IMG/VR virus record: IMGVR_UViG_3300037991_000413
Coordinates: 1-26,160 of that record
Reading direction: 5' to 3' (one strand)
DNA length: 26,160 bases
DNA from: a virus
Lineage: Duplodnaviria > Caudoviricetes
Below the pieces are notes generated by a model. It did not search any database. It saw only the letters and a program-made list of their open reading frames with translations, and was not told where the DNA came from. Position 1 is the first letter of the stretch; the number at the start of each line of letters is the position of its first letter. Positions 1 through 7,596 of this stretch are shown here, piece after piece. The position numbers and the translations under genes are program-made.

Positions 1-20
1 ACAAAGTGCAATAGTAGTTG

Positions 21-437
21 TCATTTTTTCATATTCTCCCTAGCTACACCTTTAGATTTTTCAAATGATCTGAGGCCAGAAACGCCAAGCAATGAGAGCG
101 TCAATGTCATAAGTGATCCTGTATCCAGCTCAAAAAGAACAATGTCAGGATACCAGACAGCCACGACCCAATCGGCTATTGGCATTACAAAAAATTGCAG
201 AAATAAGCCTAGACAGCAGCACCAAAGGATAGCTGGACGCGCTCCAGCCACAAAAAGGGAAGGGTGCTTTGCGCTTTCAAGGTTTGCTTGTGCTTGCATT
301 GCAGCATTTTCAGCAGCAAGCTTTTCTGACATTGTAGCGATTTCATGCGCTAGTTTAGCTTTCTGATCTTTGTCCTCTATAACCTTGTCCAGAACGCCAG
401 CTACGGGATCTATTAGCTTTTCTACTAAACCCAACAT
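21..437 (-). CDS. Holin, 3-TM GTA-release-type family
   Basis: LDKVIEDKDQKAKLAHEI, ANLESAKHPSLFVAGARPAILW and LLGVSGLRSFEKSKGV match the GTA 3TM holin pattern. Confidence 0.85.
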   Translation of the reverse strand: MLGLVEKLIDPVAGVLDKVIEDKDQKAKLAHEIATMSEKLAAENAAMQAQANLESAKHPSLFVAGARPAILWCCCLGLFLQFFVMPIADWVVAVWYPDIVLFELDTGSLMTLTLSLLGVSGLRSFEKSKGVARENMKK

Positions 438-673
438 CAGCTTTTAGCCTCTATTTTAGTAGTGTTGTTAGACTTTGCAGAGAAGCCAAAGTAAGCACCT
501 ACAAGGCCGCTAAGAGCTAGATACTGCGCCATTAGAACGCTATCAGCTTCTGCCATTTGGCTAGGCCATAGAACAGTAGCGACTGTCACAATACCCATCA
601 TAGCCATAGCTAGATAAGCCATGATTCTTTTATTCAGCTGGTAAGCTTTTTTATCTGGGATTAATTCATTCAT
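437..673 (-). CDS. Two-TM holin/antiholin-like protein
   Basis: 78 aa with two hydrophobic segments (IMAYLAMAMMGIVTVATVLW; VLMAQYLALSGLVGAYFGF) and a basic C-terminus; coupled to the holin. Confidence 0.65.
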   Translation of the reverse strand: MNELIPDKKAYQLNKRIMAYLAMAMMGIVTVATVLWPSQMAEADSVLMAQYLALSGLVGAYFGFSAKSNNTTKIEAKS

Positions 674-786
674 TTTCTTAAATCCTCTACCAATTTTCTA
701 ATAATTCTGAGATCTCTACAGATCATGAGCACATAGCCCTTATCGTCATAGAGAACGTACTTAAGCTTCCATTGTCTGAGATACAT
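670..786 (-). CDS. Small protein, 38 aa (not in ORF track)
   Basis: MYLRQWKLKYVLYDDKGYVLMICRDLRIIRKLVEDLRK*, with AGGGG upstream and an ATGA overlap with the next gene. Confidence 0.6.
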   Translation of the reverse strand: MYLRQWKLKYVLYDDKGYVLMICRDLRIIRKLVEDLRK

Positions 787-828
787 TCGCCCCTGGCACT
801 AAACTCAATAAAATCAATAGGTTACGCT

Positions 829-1275
829 TTAAAAAGTGAACCAGCCCATATAAATTGCGAAAAGATACATGCCGCCAAATAGAGCAACAGCGGCTAGGAC
901 AATGACCGCAACAGTCAGCGCTGCTTCTGCCCTCTTTTGACGTTCTATCTGTCGCCGTGCCTCAGCAGCTTTGCGCTCTTGTCGTATTTCTTGACGGATC
1001 TTCTGGAGTTCTTGGTAGCTGGATAGCCCTCTGGAGTTCACGATCAATTCTCTGAGCTGCTCTTCTGCATCTCTAGCCGCCATAGCGTCTAAATACGTTG
1101 TTAATCCTTGCTCATTTGACCCAGCAAATATGCTGTTTTTCTTTTTAGCGTGTTTAGCTTTTGCATCGTCAACAGCGTCGAAAAAATCGACGACTTGATT
1201 TTTGAGTGTATAAAGTTGTTTCCCTGCCTTAATGCCAGCACTAAGACCGCCAAGAATTGAAATAGGATCAACCAT
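829..1275 (-). CDS. Membrane-anchored helical protein (148 aa), lysis-region gene
   Basis: MVDPISILGG start, charged coiled coil, and C-terminal TM ALTVAVIVLAAVALFGGMYLFAIY. Confidence 0.8.
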   Translation of the reverse strand: MVDPISILGGLSAGIKAGKQLYTLKNQVVDFFDAVDDAKAKHAKKKNSIFAGSNEQGLTTYLDAMAARDAEEQLRELIVNSRGLSSYQELQKIRQEIRQERKAAEARRQIERQKRAEAALTVAVIVLAAVALFGGMYLFAIYMGWFTF

Positions 1276-1277
1276 GA

Positions 1278-1475
1278 CTAGCTCAGTCTAGTGATAACCG
1301 TAGCCAGCATTATGATTATAGCACCAGAAGCGCCTATAATAATATTCTGGATAAGCTTAATACGTCCGTACAAATCCTTATGTTGTAATTTAACAATTGT
1401 TGAAAGCTCTAGTAAGCTCATATCAAGCTTATCTATGCGCTCATGAGCGCTACTTACTGTTCTCTTATCTGCCAT
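1278..1475 (-). CDS. Small membrane protein (coiled coil plus one C-terminal TM), lysis-region gene
   Basis: 65 aa with hydrophobic IIIGASGAIIIMLATVI; TAATG coupling to the upstream gene. Confidence 0.75.
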   Translation of the reverse strand: MADKRTVSSAHERIDKLDMSLLELSTIVKLQHKDLYGRIKLIQNIIIGASGAIIIMLATVITRLS

Positions 1476-1798
1476 TATGCTAGCTCTGGTGTTATGTCGA
1501 TTGCTATTGAGCCGTCATTTGGAAACGTCTCTATTCCACCGTCAGCAAACGTTACTTGAAACTCAGCTTGGAAACTGCCAGCTGTTGAAGTGTCTCCCGT
1601 TTGCCATGCGTATTTTACAGTCCCAGCAGTAGCGACTAAAATAGTTGCATCAGAGGTAACAGAAGCAGTTGAAGCGCCTATGCGCCTCATATGAAATCTT
1701 ACAGAAGCTCCAGTAATATCTCTGGCATTACCTGACCCATCTTTTAGGGTGGCTTGTATTTGTGGACTCGTATCGTTTTGCTTTATGTTAAATGCCAT
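1475..1798 (-). CDS. BppU N-terminal-like (Ig-like) stand-alone baseplate/fibre-attachment protein; start revised to MAFNIK
   Basis: IKQNDTSP..QATL.D...DITGASVRF.M...GTVKYAW...DT..AG.FQAEF.VTF.DG..ETFP pattern. ATG 1798 lies 1 nt after the upstream stop with GAGG SD, giving 107 aa. Confidence 0.78.
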   Translation of the reverse strand: MAFNIKQNDTSPQIQATLKDGSGNARDITGASVRFHMRRIGASTASVTSDATILVATAGTVKYAWQTGDTSTAGSFQAEFQVTFADGGIETFPNDGSIAIDITPELA

Positions 1799-1799
1799 T

Positions 1800-3062
1800 T
1801 TACACCTCTGAAACTGTGACTGAATTTCTAGACGTTGCTGATGAAACCTCAGCTGTATTTTTGCTAGTATCCTCAAAATCAACAATGCTTAGTGTGCCAA
1901 CATTTAGAAGCACTACTGGGATAGAAACATTACCAGTTTCAACATTGTTAAAAGTGAAGATCTGATCTTGCGCTACAGCAAATGAGCCTACGTCTGGAGC
2001 GCCAGATACAACGTCTGCAAACGTTATATTAGTCAGTATACCCGTAACGTTATAAGCGTCTACAACGGGAGCGCCAGCAGTAACATTATTGAACGTAAAG
2101 CTATGGTTCTGAGTAAAGCTTAAGCTTGCAACATCTGGCGAACCAGAAGCAACATTACTGAATACAAATGTCTCATCTTCAGCCGCTGAGAAGCTTGGCA
2201 CTGCTGGAGAGCCAGTTACTACATTATTAAATGTAAAGCTGTGAGTTTGTGTTACTGCAAAGTTGTCTGCAACAGGATTACCAGAAGTAACGCCAGTTAA
2301 AATAAAAGCGTCAGACAGAGCAATAGTTGTGCTTCCAATTGTAGGAGAGCCAGCTGTGACACCGTCAAACGTAAATGAGTGGTTTTGTGTTAGTGCATAA
2401 TTAGCAACTGCTACTGAGCCAGCTGTAACATTGTCAAAAACAAATGTTTCATCCTCAGCCGCTGTAAAGCTTGGAACTACTGGAGCGCCTGATACGACAC
2501 CGTTAAAAGTAAATGAATGATTTTGTGTTAGTGCATAATTAGCAACCGCTGGTGAGCCAGCTGTGACATTGCCGATAGCTACAATCTGAGCTTGAGTTAG
2601 TGCTAGATTGTCAACAACTGGAGCGCCTGTATAGACGTTTTCAGAAACTAATGTTTCACGCTCTGCACAGTTAAAGTTTGATACAATTGGAGCACCAGTT
2701 ACAACATTACTAAAAGTAAAGCTGTGATTTTGTGTCAGCGCAAAGCTAGCAACAGTTGGTGGCGCTGTCGCAATGTTGAGTGTTGTAAGAGCGTGTGTCT
2801 GAGTAAAGCTTAGATTTTCTATCTGGGGAGAACCGACACCAACAGCAGTAAATGTAATAGCACTGGTAATGCTGACAGCAGTATTCTCTACAACTGGAGC
2901 ACCAGTTACAACATCACTAAAAGTAAAATTGTGGACTACAGTAGCAGAGAAATTATCAACTACTGGAGCGCCTGTAACAATGCTACTAGGAGTAATATTG
3001 ACAGCATTTACCGTTACATCATCCGCAATCGGAGCTGATGCAATGGGAGAAAATCCAAACAA
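1800..3062 (-). CDS. Repetitive virion-associated protein with 16 x 23-aa repeats
   Basis: TTG start (MFGFSPIASAPIAD); strict periodicity with consensus FTFxNVxxGxPxVxxFxxTQxHS; acidic and nearly devoid of Lys/Arg. Confidence 0.82.
   Translation of the reverse strand: MFGFSPIASAPIADDVTVNAVNITPSSIVTGAPVVDNFSATVVHNFTFSDVVTGAPVVENTAVSITSAITFTAVGVGSPQIENLSFTQTHALTTLNIATAPPTVASFALTQNHSFTFSNVVTGAPIVSNFNCAERETLVSENVYTGAPVVDNLALTQAQIVAIGNVTAGSPAVANYALTQNHSFTFNGVVSGAPVVPSFTAAEDETFVFDNVTAGSVAVANYALTQNHSFTFDGVTAGSPTIGSTTIALSDAFILTGVTSGNPVADNFAVTQTHSFTFNNVVTGSPAVPSFSAAEDETFVFSNVASGSPDVASLSFTQNHSFTFNNVTAGAPVVDAYNVTGILTNITFADVVSGAPDVGSFAVAQDQIFTFNNVETGNVSIPVVLLNVGTLSIVDFEDTSKNTAEVSSATSRNSVTVSEV
1890..2996 (-). 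repeat. Coding tandem repeat, 16 units of 69 nt (one of 72 nt)
   Basis: Residues 23-391 parse into fifteen 23-aa units and one 24-aa unit. An identical 26-nt string occurs at 2383-2408 and 2521-2546, two units apart. Confidence 0.9.
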
Positions 3063-3065
3063 GTA

Positions 3066-3374
3066 TTATGACCTAGCTTCAACCCAAGCATTAACCATCG
3101 CAGTAACTTCTGCGTTAGTCATATTTGACATAGTGCCATCATCGTTTGATTTTTGAAACTTTTTAGCTGAGTGCATTGCTAATACTTTTGTATTAAGTTC
3201 TGTCTGCGTCATTGTCGTGACAGTGTCAGGAACATAATATTCTCTTGCATCTTCATCTGGTGACCAACCAACAAAAGTATTTGTAGCAGGATCGTTAAAA
3301 TAGCCACCATCCTCAACCCAATCTGGCGTTCTCATTCCCCCAGCGCTCTTGTGCATTTTATATTCTATAATCAT
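3066..3374 (-). CDS. Hypothetical protein (102 aa)
   Basis: Translationally coupled to the upstream gene, SD AAGGAG, globular composition (TPDWVEDGGYF). Confidence 0.8.
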   Translation of the reverse strand: MIIEYKMHKSAGGMRTPDWVEDGGYFNDPATNTFVGWSPDEDAREYYVPDTVTTMTQTELNTKVLAMHSAKKFQKSNDDGTMSNMTNAEVTAMVNAWVEARS

Positions 3375-4189
3375 TCTTTTGACTCCTTAGATTTAGTAAG
3401 TTGCAACATATAATCAGTATTTAAAAAATCTGATTTTCCAAATATTCTTTCAGCAGTTATGTCAGCATTTTTAAAATATTTGTCTGCCATTTGATCTAAG
3501 AAATCTTCTAGATCATTACTGTGCAGCAGCTCCTTCTTAGCAATACGCTCGGCTGTAACTTTGATATATCCAGACACTTCTGTAAGTGCTAATTGTGGAT
3601 GAACTCCGTACTGTTGCATGTATTCAATTGTAGCTGTAGAGGCTCTACCACCGTCCATAAGGTTACGATACATAAGTTCAAAACCTCTACGAACATGATG
3701 GCGCTTTTCTTCTTTTTCAAAAGCAACTTCATCCCATTCGTCTATGCCGTAGTTTTCTTTAATGTTTTCATAGCTATCAATGAGAGTAGCAATATCCTTA
3801 ATAGAGCCGTTTATTTTATTTTCCATTTGAATGAGGCTATGTCGCTTCTGCCTTAATTTAGCCTCACTCACCGCATCGTTAGAACCTTCTAGCTCGATGA
3901 TCTCCATACGTAATTCAGCGTGAGAAACCTGCGCTTCATTCAATGCGTTTTCTCGTTTCTCTACTTCAGCCGTAATCTGTCGCAACATTCGATATGGTGA
4001 GTGACCATTTAACATAGTCAGCGTCATCATATTAAGGGTTGTTTGACTGTTGTTACGATCAAATGCCCTAGTTGCTTTTGCAATCTCTGGCAATTTCTCT
4101 GCAACTTTTGCTGCGGCAACTTGATTGATATTTTTACTTGCCTCTACTGGCAAAGAAAAAGTTATCGGTTTTGTAATTACGTTTGTCAA
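3371..4189 (-). CDS. Helical/coiled-coil protein of unknown function (272 aa)
   Basis: TTG start with SD AGGAG, heptad-like charged central region, and an ATGA overlap with the next gene. Confidence 0.8.
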   Translation of the reverse strand: MTNVITKPITFSLPVEASKNINQVAAAKVAEKLPEIAKATRAFDRNNSQTTLNMMTLTMLNGHSPYRMLRQITAEVEKRENALNEAQVSHAELRMEIIELEGSNDAVSEAKLRQKRHSLIQMENKINGSIKDIATLIDSYENIKENYGIDEWDEVAFEKEEKRHHVRRGFELMYRNLMDGGRASTATIEYMQQYGVHPQLALTEVSGYIKVTAERIAKKELLHSNDLEDFLDQMADKYFKNADITAERIFGKSDFLNTDYMLQLTKSKESKE

Positions 4190-4200
4190 ACTTTGAACTC

Positions 4201-5316
4201 CTATGATGCGTTACCTGAGCAACCTGCTAGATAATTATTACTTTGTGTTAAATCTCCAAAATCACTAGCATTGCCTGTTGTTTGAATTGTGAAATACATA
4301 ATTTGATTTTGTAAAGAAGAACCGTTTAAACCACCATTTATTGTTCCGTAAGTTTTATTAGACGTACAAGCATGTACTTTTCTAGAACCAGTTAAGTCAC
4401 CAAAATCTACTGCATTACCTGCCGTTCCTAAAGTAACGTAATCCATTGTATTAACACCTCCTGAACTGCCCGAAGTTCTGCCACCACACCAAACACCTCT
4501 AGTAGCGTCACCACATGCATCAAATTCTTCTCTTGCTGATGTTAAATCACCAAAGTCAGACGCGTTACCTGCACTTGCGCTTGCAAAGAAATCAATGACA
4601 TTAGAGTAACCACTTCGATCACCACCCCCACAATGGACATAAGTTGCTCCATATACTGATCCTATATAATCACCGCTTGATGTTGTAAGGTCTCCAAAAT
4701 CAGTTGCGTTGCCAAGAGTGCCTATAGTAACACGTCCAATTTGATTGGTTGTTCCTATACTTTGACCGCCTATATGAAATCCATACGTTCCATCACTAGC
4801 ACAAGAAATTTTTATCGCATTATGTAAAGAATCACCGAAATCTGCGGCATTTCCAGTAGTAGCAATAGCAAAATAATCTATTGACTGATGATCTGATCCC
4901 GATGCAGGGTATCCGTTAAAAACAAGCGCCCGACTTGTGCTTGAGCATGAAGAACAAATTGCCCTTGTTGTAGTAAGATCACCGAAATCGGATGCATTAC
5001 CTGTTGTGGTAATATCATAATACTCAATATTATTTAATGGCGTACTTGATGAGTTTCTCCCACCACTTATGATAGCTCTGTCACCACCCCAATTAAAAAG
5101 CGCTTCTAAAGAAACTGTTTTAAACTCACTATTAATATATTGGTAAAGAACACTATTAGTACTATCGTACCAGAAATCCCCTTCACTTGGTGATGATGGT
5201 TCAGTGCCGCTTGCAGTATACCCTTGCTCAATGGCGTTGCCTCTAACCTTTAGCTTGTTAGGAAAGTCTACATTAGAGCCGTTGTTATCAATCGTGTTTA
5301 CTTTTATTGTACTCAT
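4201..5316 (-). CDS. Six-repeat Kelch-like beta-propeller protein, paralogue 3
   Basis: Six GNAxDFGD repeats with the same architecture as paralogue 1; SD AGGAG. Confidence 0.8.
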   Translation of the reverse strand: MSTIKVNTIDNNGSNVDFPNKLKVRGNAIEQGYTASGTEPSSPSEGDFWYDSTNSVLYQYINSEFKTVSLEALFNWGGDRAIISGGRNSSSTPLNNIEYYDITTTGNASDFGDLTTTRAICSSCSSTSRALVFNGYPASGSDHQSIDYFAIATTGNAADFGDSLHNAIKISCASDGTYGFHIGGQSIGTTNQIGRVTIGTLGNATDFGDLTTSSGDYIGSVYGATYVHCGGGDRSGYSNVIDFFASASAGNASDFGDLTSAREEFDACGDATRGVWCGGRTSGSSGGVNTMDYVTLGTAGNAVDFGDLTGSRKVHACTSNKTYGTINGGLNGSSLQNQIMYFTIQTTGNASDFGDLTQSNNYLAGCSGNAS

Positions 5317-5325
5317 TGTTTTCTC

Positions 5326-6462
5326 CTATGAAGCGTTGCCTGATGTACCTGCTGGCTCTGCGCCAGTTTGGGTTAGGTCTCCATGATCAGTAGCATTTCC
5401 TGTTGTTTGGATTACAACCGAATGAATTACATTACTATCGCTCCAACCACCAAAAAACTGTGCATTAGTTCCATTAGATGCGCCTGTCATGCCCTGATTA
5501 GCGCTTAATAAATCTCCGAAATCCGTTGCATTGCCAGTTGTTTGAATAGTAACATAGTCAATGACATTTGAAGCTCCAGAACCACCTGCGCCTAGTGCGC
5601 GAGTTGTATCACTTGCTGCACCACCTGCATATCTAGCAACAGTTAAATCGCCAAAGTCAGTTGCATTTCCATCAGTTGCAATCGTACCATAATCAATTAC
5701 ATTCGATGCTCCTGTTGATGGTGCAGTATTGTAACGTGTCATACAAACCCAACGTGTAGCGTCATTAGTCAATGCTGCATACCATGAACCAATAGTCATA
5801 TCTCCATAATCTGAAGCATTGCCAGTTGTGGCAACGGTTATTTTTTGAATACGATTGTAATGACTTGAAGAACTATCATCACCTGCGAAAAGACCAGTTG
5901 TTCCATCACAAGCACCATTTCCACCGTTTTGACCTGATGCTGCTAACGCATCCCCAAAGTCTGTAGCGTTGCCAGTTGTTGAAGTTGTAATATACTCAAT
6001 AGTGTTTCTATTTACACTTCCACCAGAATATTCGTTTCCTCTTGCAAAAACTGCCCTTGAGCTATTACTTAGTCCGCTCATTTGAAACCTTGCTGCTGAC
6101 AAATCACCAAAATCTGCGGCATTACTTGCACTAGACATATCCCAATATTGAATTGTATTTGTTCTACCAGTTGAACTATTTTGACCACCTGCCATTATTC
6201 CCCTTGAGCCGCCCCAAGTAAAAGTAACTGCATTACTATGAGTAATCTGTTTAAACTCACTATTAACGTAATAATATAATTTATCATTGTCGCTATCGTA
6301 CCAGAGATCACCGTTTGCAGGGGAAGATGGTTCTGTTCCTGATGAAGTATATGCCTTGCCAATTAAGCCACTGTCAGAACCTGCAATGTTTAATCCGTAG
6401 GTAAAATTAGGTGCGCCTGTACCTGCACGATCTGTAATTTTTCTTGTTGTAAATTCTGACAT
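5326..6462 (-). CDS. Six-repeat Kelch-like beta-propeller protein, paralogue 2
   Basis: Six NAxD(F/Y/H)GD repeats with the same architecture as paralogue 1; SD AGGAG. Confidence 0.8.
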   Translation of the reverse strand: MSEFTTRKITDRAGTGAPNFTYGLNIAGSDSGLIGKAYTSSGTEPSSPANGDLWYDSDNDKLYYYVNSEFKQITHSNAVTFTWGGSRGIMAGGQNSSTGRTNTIQYWDMSSASNAADFGDLSAARFQMSGLSNSSRAVFARGNEYSGGSVNRNTIEYITTSTTGNATDFGDALAASGQNGGNGACDGTTGLFAGDDSSSSHYNRIQKITVATTGNASDYGDMTIGSWYAALTNDATRWVCMTRYNTAPSTGASNVIDYGTIATDGNATDFGDLTVARYAGGAASDTTRALGAGGSGASNVIDYVTIQTTGNATDFGDLLSANQGMTGASNGTNAQFFGGWSDSNVIHSVVIQTTGNATDHGDLTQTGAEPAGTSGNAS

Positions 6463-6471
6463 ATTTTTCTC

Positions 6472-7596
6472 CTAAGAGGCTGAACCTGATGCTGCCGCTG
6501 ACCCATATCTTGCTTGTGTTAAATCACCAAAGTCTGTTGAATTACCTGTTGTTTGAATAGTGACTTGTTCAATGGTGTTAGTCGGACTACTAACTGATCC
6601 AGTTGAACCTAAAGTAACAACAGCTTTTGTTCCATCCGTACTTGCTGAGTGATGCCGTGACGCGGAACTTAAATCTCCAAAATCTGACGCATTTCCTGAT
6701 GTTGTTCCTGTTGCCCAATATTGGATTACATTTGTGGTGACGTCTGGGTAACCACCAAAATAGACAGCTCTTGTTGGATCAGAACACAAACCGCCTGTTT
6801 GGTTATTACCTAACAAATCTCCAAAATCTGCCGCATTACCTGCGGTTTGAATTGTTATGTAGGAAATATCATTTCGACCAGTAGCAGAACCTGAAGTACC
6901 ACCTGCTCTAAACCCATACGTTGCGTCACTTGTGGCTCTACCACCGTTTATATTAGCTACATCATCGCCAAAGTCAGTTGAATTTCCTGTTGTTTCTATA
7001 GTGACATAATCTATCGTATTGGTACTTTCACCTGCCCATCTGATGCCTCTACTTCCATCTGAACAAGCACCACCATTATAAGTAGTGGTTGTTAGATCAC
7101 CAAAGAAAGTTGCATTACCTGTTGTGGCTGTAGTTACATATAGTAAATCATTACTTGCTGAACCTTTAAAACCTTCCGTTACAATCGCTCTTGTTCCGTT
7201 TGACGTTGCAGCAGGGTAGTATGAGTTATTCGCCATATCTCCAAAATCAGTTGCGTTGCCCGATGTGGCAATAGTTACATAGTCAATAACATTTGTAGTA
7301 TTTGCACCACCTGATGAGTCACCGCCAAAAAACAATCCTCTTGCGCCATACCAAACTGCACCTGCAACCCCGATTGTTTCTCTCCACTCACCTGCAATAT
7401 AAATAAATATCTTTTCGTTTGTTGTATCCCACCAAATAGAACCATTTTGAGGAGAACTTGGTTCACTAGAACTTGCGGTATATTCACCAACATTTAGCGT
7501 AGAAAGTGCTGCGCCATTCATTGTAACGCCAGTGCTAAAGTTAGGTTTGCCAGTACCTGCTAGATCAACAACTGTATCAACTTTTATTTCTGTCAT
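6472..7596 (-). CDS. Six-repeat Kelch-like beta-propeller protein, paralogue 1 (putative fibre tip)
   Basis: Six GN(A/S)xxFGD repeats of ~48 aa, several with GG dipeptides; N-terminal EPSSP..G.IWWD module. Start overlaps the fibre stop (TAATG). Confidence 0.8.
   Translation of the reverse strand: MTEIKVDTVVDLAGTGKPNFSTGVTMNGAALSTLNVGEYTASSSEPSSPQNGSIWWDTTNEKIFIYIAGEWRETIGVAGAVWYGARGLFFGGDSSGGANTTNVIDYVTIATSGNATDFGDMANNSYYPAATSNGTRAIVTEGFKGSASNDLLYVTTATTGNATFFGDLTTTTYNGGACSDGSRGIRWAGESTNTIDYVTIETTGNSTDFGDDVANINGGRATSDATYGFRAGGTSGSATGRNDISYITIQTAGNAADFGDLLGNNQTGGLCSDPTRAVYFGGYPDVTTNVIQYWATGTTSGNASDFGDLSSASRHHSASTDGTKAVVTLGSTGSVSSPTNTIEQVTIQTTGNSTDFGDLTQARYGSAAASGSAS

Noticed and set aside
787-828. 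Promoter or RNA element in the largest remaining intergenic gap
   Set aside because: The gap is only 42 nt and AT-rich, with no convincing -35/-10 pair or stable hairpin.
1799-1885. ORF-track N-terminal extension of the BppU-like gene
   Set aside because: It overlaps the upstream gene by 86 nt. ATG 1798 has an SD and matches the domain start.
1890-2996. CRISPR array or non-coding tandem repeat
   Set aside because: The units are degenerate, in-frame and protein-coding, with no identical repeats separated by unique spacers.
4201-7596. Diversity-generating retroelement (TR/VR) behind the paralogue similarity
   Set aside because: No reverse transcriptase is in the window and no non-coding template repeat was seen. 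The similarity is at protein level with many synonymous differences, not adenine-specific.
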